A DNA stretch of 39,458 bases from Fibrobacteria bacterium (GTDB taxonomy: Bacteria > Fibrobacterota > Fibrobacteria > UBA11236): positions 1 through 39,458 of the forward strand of contig JBGTHM010000124.1 in assembly GCA_041746255.1 (NCBI GenBank), written 5' to 3'. Shown one piece after another: positions 1 through 7,746 of this stretch; position 1 is the stretch's first letter, and every line of letters begins with the position of its first letter. The position numbers were made by a program, and so were the translations under genes. The notes beneath the pieces are model-generated. The model saw nothing but the letters and a program-made list of their open reading frames with translations, was not told the origin of the DNA and did not search any database.

Positions 1-1
1 C

Positions 2-256
2 AGTACAACCAAAACTACAAAACACATAAATTACGATACCCTTAGTGTTTGGGAAAAACAGTGGTATAAAACCATTGACGAGATGTATCAATTCTGCCAG
101 GATTCGGTCTTATCCCGGGATAAATCGAAAAACGATATTCATGAGTTGGAATTTCACGTCAATGGGATTTTAAAAAGCTGCACTTATTATCCCTATGGTT
201 GCCAGGACGATTGTATCTTTGGGCCGCGAATTGATTCGGTTTTTTTTGATCGGTAA
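2..256 (+). CDS. 3' end of a hypothetical Cys-containing protein (starts before the window)
   Basis: Frame 2 is open from the window edge to TAA at 254-256: ...WYKTIDEMYQFCQDSVLSRDKSKNDIHELEFHVNGILKSCTYYPYGCQDDCIFGPRIDSVFFDR*. It is absent from the ORF track because it is truncated. Confidence 0.6.
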   Translation, partial: STTKTTKHINYDTLSVWEKQWYKTIDEMYQFCQDSVLSRDKSKNDIHELEFHVNGILKSCTYYPYGCQDDCIFGPRIDSVFFDR

Positions 257-514
257 TTTCCGGAAGAAATATCATTTCACTCATTGCCACGCCCCTGGAA
301 TGCCGGTCTAGGACCAAAGTAAATTACAGGCGTTTTTACGTAGGAGGGTGCACACTGATTCTACCTGGGAATGATTCACCTATTAACGCTTCTCCAGAGG
401 CATTTGACCTGCCCGGCCAGCTCTTCCAATTGCTTTCTCCAGAGTCCGAGGCTAGATTGGTTGTAATAGGGTTCAGGAACCAAAATTTCCATCAATTTCA
501 CCCCTCCACTCTTA

Positions 515-1852
515 ATGGACGCTGTCCATAAAAAAGGGGGACTTATGTCGTTATTTTCGCTCTACCTTCCACTCTTTACTGCCAAATGTACGGTTTTTCT
601 CATACCGGTCTGTCTGTTGCTGGCGGAAGTCGGTATAGCGGTAGCCCAGACAACGCCCGGGCGGGTTGTGTTCAATCCCGATGACTTCCCCGACGAGCCC
701 TTTGAATCCAACCCGGAATGGGTGACGGTCGCTAAGAGCCAAGGGTGGGTTGAAGGGCCCACTTGGAATCCGGATGCGGGGGGGTTCCTTTACAACCTTT
801 CAGACCGTTGTGGGCCGCGTAGCGAAGAGAAGAATTGCAAAATCCCGGACGTCCATTGGCTCTGGCGACCCGGCGAAACTACCGTCGCACCCTATTGGAG
901 TGTCACCAAAGATGGCCGCGGCGGTACGAATCACGGAGCTATCTGGAGCGAAGGTCTCATCTTCCTGACCAACCGGGGACCCGGGCGCATTGGATACCTC
1001 GATCCCTCAAAGGACCCGATGAAAGAGACCGTACTGACAGAGAACAGTCCGTATAAGCTCGGCCGACCCAACGACCTTGACCGCTTTAAAGACGGCAGCC
1101 TGTACTTCTCTGACGGGCCAGGCGGCATTGGCGGCGTACATCGCGTTTACATGGACGGGCGCATGGAAAAAGTTATCACTAACGAAGCCAACGGAATCGC
1201 GTTTAGCGTCGACTGCAAGACCCTCTGGGTGGCCGACAATGTGATTGCTGCCTACGACGTGGATGATGAGGGGAACCTAAGCAACAGACGCGTCCCTATC
1301 AATTCCGGTAGCAACGGTATTGCCATCGATATCAAGGGCAATGTTTACACTAACAATGGTGGCCTGTCGGTATTCAACCCCAATGGTAAGAAAATCGCCG
1401 GGTTGAATCCACCGGGTGGGATCGGAAAAACAGTCAACATGACGTTTGGCGGTGAAGACCATCGGTGGTTGCTGTTGACCCACAGTGACGGTGTGTCAGC
1501 CGTCCGCACACAGATCCCCGGCGGCGAGTGCCTGGGTCTGGGGACGAAGAGGCCGGACACCACAACATCGGTTAGCAACGAGTATAAGCGCGGGATTCTT
1601 CCCCAAGGGTTTAATCTGTCGGCTGTGGGCGAGAGTAATATCCGCATCACAATTCCCCGGCTGGAACAGGGTATACTGGATGCCCGGATTGTGATTTTAA
1701 ACATGCAAGGCAAAACGGTGGATGAGATGCCCATACGAGGGTTGAAGGCGGGGGTAAATGATGTAAACCTGGAGAGGCTAACTTCGGGGGGTCTTTACTT
1801 TATCCATTTCGACAGTCCTAAATACCGGGGAACCGTGAAGTATATTTTCTAA
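515..1852 (+). CDS. Secreted SMP-30/gluconolactonase-family beta-propeller protein with a T9SS-CTD-like C-terminal domain
   Basis: Family motifs EGPTW, RPNDL...DGSLYFSD, ANGIAFS, NGIAID..GNVY and NMTFGG. N-terminal hydrophobic signal ending AVA|Q. C-terminus resembles a secretion CTD (IVILNMQGKTV...SGGLYFIH). Start may be ATG 545. Confidence 0.8.
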   Translation: MDAVHKKGGLMSLFSLYLPLFTAKCTVFLIPVCLLLAEVGIAVAQTTPGRVVFNPDDFPDEPFESNPEWVTVAKSQGWVEGPTWNPDAGGFLYNLSDRCGPRSEEKNCKIPDVHWLWRPGETTVAPYWSVTKDGRGGTNHGAIWSEGLIFLTNRGPGRIGYLDPSKDPMKETVLTENSPYKLGRPNDLDRFKDGSLYFSDGPGGIGGVHRVYMDGRMEKVITNEANGIAFSVDCKTLWVADNVIAAYDVDDEGNLSNRRVPINSGSNGIAIDIKGNVYTNNGGLSVFNPNGKKIAGLNPPGGIGKTVNMTFGGEDHRWLLLTHSDGVSAVRTQIPGGECLGLGTKRPDTTTSVSNEYKRGILPQGFNLSAVGESNIRITIPRLEQGILDARIVILNMQGKTVDEMPIRGLKAGVNDVNLERLTSGGLYFIHFDSPKYRGTVKYIF

Positions 1853-1925
1853 TTATTCGAGATTATCGGTGTAAGCTTCCGAAACCAGGCTGAATGCAGC
1901 TGTGTTTCCCCTTCGGCTCCCCCCC

Positions 1926-1953
1926 TACGACCTTTTCCCTCCTCCTCCGTCTT
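1926..1953 (+). promoter_or_regulatory. Putative ECF-sigma promoter for arsI-sigZ
   Basis: TACGAC-N16-CGTCTT, about 50 nt upstream of ATG 2002. A CGTC -10 with a 16-nt spacer is typical of ECF promoters, and the operon encodes an ECF sigma. Confidence 0.35.
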
Positions 1954-2001
1954 TACCTATGTACCCCTTTTTGGTACCTGAATAATTCCAAGGAAAAAAA
2001 G

Positions 2002-2505
2002 ATGAAACGCTTCCATGTCCACATTTCGGTAAAGAACCTCCAAGAAAGCATAGCCTTCTACACCAACCTGTTCGGCCAGACCCCCAGCAAGGAAAAGCCC
2101 GATTATGCCAAGTGGATGTTGGAGGACCCCCGCGTGAATTTCGCCATTTCGGCGCGCGGCCATGCCGTCGGCTTGAACCATTTCGGATTCCAGACGGACA
2201 GTTCCGAGGAGCTCAAGGGCCTCAAACAGTTGGCGGAAAAAGCCACTGAAGGGCAGGTTGTCGACCAGGGTGAGGCCGCCTGCTGTTATGCCAAGAGCGA
2301 AAAACACTGGGCGGTAGACCCCCAGGGGGTGGCCTGGGAACATTTCCATACCATGGGCGAAGCCCTGGAATTCGGCGCGGATTCCGCCTCGGAATCGGGG
2401 GCCTGCTGTATCCCCGTCCGGTCTTCCGAAGGGGACGATGCCAAGGCTCAGGCGTCGTGCTGCATTCCCAACGAGGCTTCTACGGCTGGCGCATGCTGCA
2501 ATTGA
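2002..2505 (+). CDS. arsI: ArsI/CadI-family VOC (glyoxalase-fold) metalloenzyme, putative C-As lyase
   Basis: Motifs MKRFHVH, YAKWMLEDPRVNFAIS, LNHFG, vicinal CCYA and WAVDPQGVAWE; the tail has three more CC pairs. Start moved to ATG 2002, which has an AAGGA SD. Confidence 0.85.
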   Translation: MKRFHVHISVKNLQESIAFYTNLFGQTPSKEKPDYAKWMLEDPRVNFAISARGHAVGLNHFGFQTDSSEELKGLKQLAEKATEGQVVDQGEAACCYAKSEKHWAVDPQGVAWEHFHTMGEALEFGADSASESGACCIPVRSSEGDDAKAQASCCIPNEASTAGACCN

Positions 2506-3053
2506 CCGATTCCTACCAGGCATTGCGCCTGGCAATGCCTGGTTTCCTTCGCAAGCACGTCAATGACGCTTCCCTGGCGGAGGATCTTTTGCATGACGTT
2601 TTCCTGAAAGCCTTGTCTGCGGGTGAGCGTGGCCAGGTGCCCACGAACCTGCCTGGGTGGCTGTACCGCATTGCGCGCAACCGCGTCATCGATCACTATC
2701 GGTCCAAGCGGCCTTCCGAGGCGCTGCCTCCCGACCTGATGGCGGAGGAGGATGAGCCCAATCCTACTGAGAGGGTCCTCGCCGGCTGCATGCGGCCGAT
2801 GACGGAGCAGTTGCCCACCCTTTACCGGGACGCCTTGCTCGCCACCGATTTCGGCGGGGCCAAACTCCGCGCGATTGCGACGGATTGGAAGGTTTCCGAA
2901 TCCGCCTTGAAGAGCCGGGTGAGCCGGGGTCGAATATTGCTGAAACAAAGCCTGTTGGATTGTTGCCGGGTCGAACTGTCCAAAACCGGCGAGGTGATCG
3001 ACTATGAGAAGCGGGCACAGGGCCCGTCCTGCGGTGAGGGAAGTTGTTCCTGA
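2493..3053 (+). CDS. sigZ: ECF RNA polymerase sigma factor, SigZ-like
   Basis: Region 2 (AEDLLHDVFLKA, WLYRIARNRVIDHYR), region 4 (SALKSRVSRGR) and a C-terminal DCC motif. ATG 2493 overlaps the end of arsI. Confidence 0.8.
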   Translation: MLQLTDSYQALRLAMPGFLRKHVNDASLAEDLLHDVFLKALSAGERGQVPTNLPGWLYRIARNRVIDHYRSKRPSEALPPDLMAEEDEPNPTERVLAGCMRPMTEQLPTLYRDALLATDFGGAKLRAIATDWKVSESALKSRVSRGRILLKQSLLDCCRVELSKTGEVIDYEKRAQGPSCGEGSCS

Positions 3054-3068
3054 GGCGAAAGCCGTCGT

Positions 3069-3908
3069 TCATGCCGAAATCTCTTTTTGGGATTCCTCGA
3101 TTCTTCCTTTCCCAATTCGTTGCCAATGAAAAGGCAACCCCAACTCCTCTGTCAGCGTCATCTCCCCCAGCCCAGTCACTCCCAGTTTCTCCGGTATTGC
3201 CTGCGATGGACGGGCGGTTCCGAATAGCCGGTCCCAGAAGGAAAATATGCGGCCCAGGTTTACCGGCCTTCCGCCGGCAGCCAAATCATGGTGGCGGATA
3301 TGCCATTCCGGAGTGGCGAACAGTAATCCCAACCAAGCCGGTAAACGTACCGTCGAATGCTGCAACTGAAGATGGCAAAGGACAACAATACCTGCCAGCA
3401 CCAATGATTCAAATGAGAAGCCGAGAAAAATGGCCCAGGTGCCGATGACGAGGTTGGTCCAGATGGAATCGAAAGGATGGGAGCGCAATCCATTCAACCA
3501 GTACAGGCGCTTGGGCGAATGGTGCAAGACATGGATGGACCATAGCGGCGGAATTCGGTGGGTAAGCCAATGGGACCAGTAGCCCAGGAAATCTGAAATT
3601 ACCACCACCACCGGAACCTGGTAGAGCAGCTTCCAGCTAATGGCTTCGGGCTTGAGCAGCGCAGCCATGTATAATGCGGTTAAGATTACGATTTGACCGC
3701 TGGTTCCGGATAGCGCGGCAATGACGATGTCGCGTCGGAAAGTTTTTTGATCGTTATGCATTGAGCCGGGCGTCCGGAATTCGTGCAGGAAGAATAACAG
3801 CAGGGTGACGCCGGATCCCAGGAGTCCCGCCATCGGCAAAGGCAGCCAGCGTAGCAGCAGCAGGGCGGCCGCCAGTGGAAGGCCTACAAAGTAAAAGTAC
3901 GCTATCAT
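3069..3908 (-). CDS. Sterol desaturase / fatty-acid hydroxylase family membrane di-iron enzyme
   Basis: His boxes YWSHWLTH, IHVLHHS, HS and HIRHH, plus SHP and WDRLFGT; several TM segments. Confidence 0.9.
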   Translation of the reverse strand: MIAYFYFVGLPLAAALLLLRWLPLPMAGLLGSGVTLLLFFLHEFRTPGSMHNDQKTFRRDIVIAALSGTSGQIVILTALYMAALLKPEAISWKLLYQVPVVVVISDFLGYWSHWLTHRIPPLWSIHVLHHSPKRLYWLNGLRSHPFDSIWTNLVIGTWAIFLGFSFESLVLAGIVVLCHLQLQHSTVRLPAWLGLLFATPEWHIRHHDLAAGGRPVNLGRIFSFWDRLFGTARPSQAIPEKLGVTGLGEMTLTEELGLPFHWQRIGKGRIEESQKEISA

Positions 3909-4609
3909 TGTTTGGAGGAGATTGAAGCCGGTTTCCGGTAATAAAGCGAATACAGTTTTTCATGAGACATACCAAGCAGGTAGTAGAAAATCAAAAGGCC
4001 GTCTTTGACAAAGCAGCGGAAATTGCCTTTGAGGTCAAAACGCCGGGTGGACAGGTTGATGGTGGCATTCAAAACAATGACCTTTCCCCGTTTGCGCGCG
4101 CGCCGGAAGAACTCCACGTCCTCGAACAGCCTCATGTCCGGAATCCGGTTACCGGCCCGGTAGGACGCCGCCGATACGACGATGCCCTGGTCTCCAAAAC
4201 TGGTGAAAATGCTTTCCATGCGCCCGAGCCGGCTCCTCAGCCTGTATCCCAAGGCCGGAGAATTGAATTGGGCGGAAAATTTCGCTACCACCCGGCGCTT
4301 GCGGAGAAATTCCGCTTCCAATATCCTGGAGGCGTCCGGCTCCAACCGGCAGTCGGCGTGCAGGAATATGAATACTTCGCCCTGGGCAACCTCGGCTCCG
4401 GCATGGCATTGCCCGCCCCGTGTTGATGCGTGGGTTACCACCCGGGCGCCCCATTCCCTGGCCAGTTCGGCCGTACCGTCCGCGCTACCTCCGTCCACAA
4501 CGATGATTTCGCTTTCCGGAAGGCAATTCCGGATGTTTTCGAGACAGGGAACCATCTCCTTCGCCTCATTCAGAACCGGCACGATCACGCTGTAGGTCGG
4601 GGCGCTCAT
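3905..4609 (-). CDS. GT2 glycosyltransferase, TIGR04283-like (family associated with arsenosugar/rSAM loci)
   Basis: SVIVPVLNE, VVDGGSADGT, RGGQCHAGA, FLHAD, FGDQG, FEDVEF and STRRF; the GDQG, ED and S.RR motifs fit TIGR04283. Start 4609 lies in an ATGA overlap. Confidence 0.8.
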   Translation of the reverse strand: MSAPTYSVIVPVLNEAKEMVPCLENIRNCLPESEIIVVDGGSADGTAELAREWGARVVTHASTRGGQCHAGAEVAQGEVFIFLHADCRLEPDASRILEAEFLRKRRVVAKFSAQFNSPALGYRLRSRLGRMESIFTSFGDQGIVVSAASYRAGNRIPDMRLFEDVEFFRRARKRGKVIVLNATINLSTRRFDLKGNFRCFVKDGLLIFYYLLGMSHEKLYSLYYRKPASISSKQ

Positions 4610-5622
4610 GGCTGCTCCGGATTTGTCGAAACCGGCTTCACCGGGGTTTTTCGCATCCCCAATTGCAAGGGAAACGGGACGTGATAGCAGGCATACCAAT
4701 TCCAATACCCGCCCGCCTTGCGATATTCCTCCAACCGATGCGGTTCGATTTTCCTGCGATTGGTGAAGAAGAGCTGTCCCCAAAAGCCCCGTGAGCGGAC
4801 GTCCATGAACATATACCAGGCCAACAGTTTTTCAATCAATGAATAATCCGCTTTGCTGGCCAAATAAGGCCTTTGAAAATACCGGCCGGGCTCAATGGGT
4901 TTCCGGATCAGCCTGGGGTAGTCGCCGCGCCAAAGATGGTACCTATCCCCCATCCAGGCACCGTTGATCAAGTTGATGGCCGGATGGGGCGCCGTATTCC
5001 CCCACAGCACCGGCTTACGCGACGGTCCGTTCCCATTGGAAAACCAGGGCAGATGCGCCCTGACGCACCCTATGCAATACGCATATTCCAAGGGGTCATA
5101 GACTCTTTGCCGGAAAACCAAGGTGACTTCCCTTTTCTCCTCCCTTCCAAACCTTATCAAATCCCGTCTGAATCCCGCATCGGCCAAATGACCCGATAGG
5201 TCCAGGAAGTCGTCGAAAACAAGGAAGGCGCCGTTATAATGAACAGACCCGTGGATGTAGTTGACTGCATGGGGCATGCGCCTTCGCGGTCCTTGTGGGA
5301 TTTCCGCTTCCCCGATGGACCTCCCGACCATTTTGGCCAGGAACAGCCCGGTTTTTTCGATGATATGCTCATCAGTTTCCAGCGAGGCTCCCGGCATGCG
5401 CGTGGGAGAGCGATAAACGATATTTCTCCGCCAAACGGACCCGGAACCATCGGGCTCATCGCCGGTTATCCAGGCGTGCCCGGAGGGAAGCGCGCCCGCT
5501 TTCAGCTTCGCCATGAAAAACCAGACCACCGGGACTTCCCACAGCAGGAGCAGAATCTGCCGGATGAAACAATACGCCACGCGAAAAGTGGATTGAAGGC
5601 GGGACGGCATCAGGGTAATCAT
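4606..5622 (-). CDS. Hypothetical protein, 338 aa, first gene of the GT/desaturase operon
   Basis: Long ORF coupled by ATGA to the GT and preceded by an ECF-like promoter. No family recognised. Confidence 0.7.
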   Translation of the reverse strand: MITLMPSRLQSTFRVAYCFIRQILLLLWEVPVVWFFMAKLKAGALPSGHAWITGDEPDGSGSVWRRNIVYRSPTRMPGASLETDEHIIEKTGLFLAKMVGRSIGEAEIPQGPRRRMPHAVNYIHGSVHYNGAFLVFDDFLDLSGHLADAGFRRDLIRFGREEKREVTLVFRQRVYDPLEYAYCIGCVRAHLPWFSNGNGPSRKPVLWGNTAPHPAINLINGAWMGDRYHLWRGDYPRLIRKPIEPGRYFQRPYLASKADYSLIEKLLAWYMFMDVRSRGFWGQLFFTNRRKIEPHRLEEYRKAGGYWNWYACYHVPFPLQLGMRKTPVKPVSTNPEQP

Positions 5623-5633
5623 ATACTTAGTAA

Positions 5634-5662
5634 TTGGACGCTGGAGGCGCCTTTTTGGTTAC
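5634..5662 (-). promoter_or_regulatory. Putative ECF-sigma promoter
   Basis: Minus strand reads GTAACC-N16-CGTCCAA, 11 nt upstream of ATG 5622, the typical AAC/CGTC ECF layout. Confidence 0.5.
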
Positions 5663-6287
5663 CCCTGCCCTGCTCTTCCAGACCAGCTTACCGGCACATC
5701 CTTACTGCCATACCAGTTGACCTTGCGGGTGATGAACATCACCGTTCCCAGAATGACAAACGACTCCAAAGAACCCATGAGCAGGGCATAATCCTCCATT
5801 TGCAGCAACGTGAAAAGATAGACATACAATCCCGTCAGCATGGCCCCCAATCCCAGCGCCCGTTTGGGATCCGAAAGAATTGGCAAGGAGTAGGTGGTGA
5901 TGAGTCCCACCACTGCAGCAGCCGCGGCGAAATAAGCCAGGTTGAAGGAGATCCGCTCTCCCAGCGAAAGCAGCAGGTAGAAAAGGCATAGGGCGAAACC
6001 CACCTGGTATCCACCCGTCCCTGGTCATTGGTTTCGTAGACCTGGTAGGGAACGGTGAGTATGGGCCCGGATATCACCTGCGGGCATTCCCACTTTTCGG
6101 TCAGCTCCGATTCCGCCGTGGACCGGCGCATCTCGCGTTCCGCTATCAGGCTCCGGATCATGCTGACGGGAATGAGCAGTAAACCAATTAAAATGGTATT
6201 ACGGCCATCTCGTCGAAAGACCCGGCGCCGGCCCGCGCCTTGTGGAGGAATTCGCCCGGGATTTCGCCGGAGCTTTTGGAAAGGCAT
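5659..6287 (-). pseudogene. creD: creD inner-membrane protein pseudogene (frameshifts and a large internal deletion)
   Basis: The CreD N-terminus (LLLIPVSMIRSLIAERE...W..PQVISGPILTVPY) abuts, out of frame near 6005, the CreD C-terminus (VGFALCLFYLLLSLGE...EDYALLMGS...MFITRKVNWY). The central part is missing. Confidence 0.8.
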
Positions 6288-6460
6288 GAATTCGGAGTTG
6301 CAGGGTGGTCGGAAGGTGGATTTTCCTATTTAATGCATAGGAGAACTGCCCCTATTTCCACCGACTCAGTGGTAAAAGCAGCTGAAACTCCACATTTGCA
6401 TCCTGGGCGGAATTAATGGTGCCGAAATCGGAGAAACCAGGGGGAAAAATGGGATAAATT

Positions 6461-6537
6461 TGGTGGGCCCACTCCGACTTGAACGGAGGACCAAGCGATT
6501 ATGAGTCGCTTGCTCTAACCAACTGAGCTATGGGCCC
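6461..6537 (-). tRNA. tRNA-Ile2 (anticodon CAU, lysidine type); elongator Met is less likely
   Basis: Minus strand GGGCCCATAGCTCAGTTGGTTAGAGCAAGCGACTCATAATCGCTTGGTCCTCCGTTCAAGTCGGAGTGGGCCCACCA: full cloverleaf with encoded CCA. The anticodon arm GCGACTCATAATCGC is like enterobacterial ileX, and the paired G1-C72 excludes the initiator tRNA. Confidence 0.92.
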
Positions 6538-6548
6538 TTGAGGCGGAA

Positions 6549-6578
6549 ATACTACTATCTCACGCCTCCCCTTGGCAA
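6549..6578 (-). promoter_or_regulatory. Putative sigma-70 promoter of the tRNA
   Basis: TTGCCA-N18-TAGTAT on the minus strand, 11 nt before the mature tRNA 5' end. Confidence 0.35.
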
Positions 6579-6728
6579 CAGAAAGGCATATTTCCACAAG
6601 TTTTCAAATTTCCCTCCCGTAAAACCCTAATTACTCATTAAATTTGAAAGGCTACTCCATTTGCCGGATTAAGGGGGCCCGCCAAGGCGGGTGCTGAAAC
6701 GGCGGACAACAACAAAGAGGAAGACAAA

Positions 6729-7733
6729 ATGATCAGAAAAGTCGCACTCGCCGCTTTCGGTTTTTCGGCCCTTATGGCCTTGACCGCTTGCAAAAGCAAA
6801 CACGAATCCTCAGGTGATAAATTTCTAGAAGCGGGGGATCCCATCAACGCGGTAGCCCGTTACGACATGGCACTCCAGGCAGGTAAAACTTCCGGCGATT
6901 TCCCCAAGAATTTTACCAAGGCTAACATCCTAATCATGGAGCGACGATATCGCGAAAACCCAAGCGCGGAATTCCTCGATTTCTTGAAGGACACCGTGGT
7001 ATCTCTTTTAAATAAGCACCCTAATGCCGAAAACTCGGTGCTTTTCTCAAAAACACTTTTTAACGTCGCCAAGGCGCGAATCGAAATGGGTGACGCCTAT
7101 ACGGTGGAACAAGGTTTCGCTTTTCTCAAAACCGCTGACAGCCTGCCTAACCGCGATCCTCAAGTCTCTTCCGAGGCAGCGGCTCTACGCACGAACTTCG
7201 TTTCCTCGCAACTAAACGACATCGAAAGTGATCTGTCCGCGGCTCAAGCAGGAGACGCCACCATGGGAATCGTGGCGGATTATAAATTGAGTCTTTTACA
7301 CCAGACGGTCGGCCCCACTGCCGAAAGCGAAGAGCTCTGGTCTCGGGTAAAACAAATCAATCTCGACACCTACCTCATGTACGACCAGGAAGGGTTACTG
7401 CCCTCCGTTGACACGCGTATTAATCGCTATGGCGTGCTCCTGGCCTTGACCAAATACAACAAGACCGCCAAAAGCCTTTACGCGGAAACCATGGCCTTCA
7501 ATGGGTCGACGCAACCCTTCCATTTCGATGCGGATAAATTCGTTCTTGTCGACAAAGCCGGGAATGAATATTCTCCGGCTTCCAAAAAAGGAGCTTTCAA
7601 TAAAACCAAGCTCATCGAAAGAGGGCGGCAAACCGATGTGGGAGCCTTGACATTCAATTTTCCCGCGGATGCGCAATTGGATTATATCGAATTCAGAAGC
7701 GATTCCGGCCCGACTCGCAAGTATCTGCCTTAA
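6729..7733 (+). CDS. Lipoprotein with a helical N-terminal region and a C-terminal Ig-like (DUF4352-like) domain
   Basis: Lipobox LTAC and GAGG SD. The C-terminal pattern FNGSTQPFHFDADKFVLVDKAGNEY...GALTFNFP is DUF4352-like. Confidence 0.7.
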   Translation: MIRKVALAAFGFSALMALTACKSKHESSGDKFLEAGDPINAVARYDMALQAGKTSGDFPKNFTKANILIMERRYRENPSAEFLDFLKDTVVSLLNKHPNAENSVLFSKTLFNVAKARIEMGDAYTVEQGFAFLKTADSLPNRDPQVSSEAAALRTNFVSSQLNDIESDLSAAQAGDATMGIVADYKLSLLHQTVGPTAESEELWSRVKQINLDTYLMYDQEGLLPSVDTRINRYGVLLALTKYNKTAKSLYAETMAFNGSTQPFHFDADKFVLVDKAGNEYSPASKKGAFNKTKLIERGRQTDVGALTFNFPADAQLDYIEFRSDSGPTRKYLP

Positions 7734-7746
7734 TTAAATTCCACCA

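Noticed and set aside
1957..5991. Long antisense or alternative-frame ORFs (1957-2535, 3962-4426, 5239-5991 and similar ones across the window)
   Set aside because: They are shadows of well-supported genes in GC-rich DNA and have no recognisable motifs.
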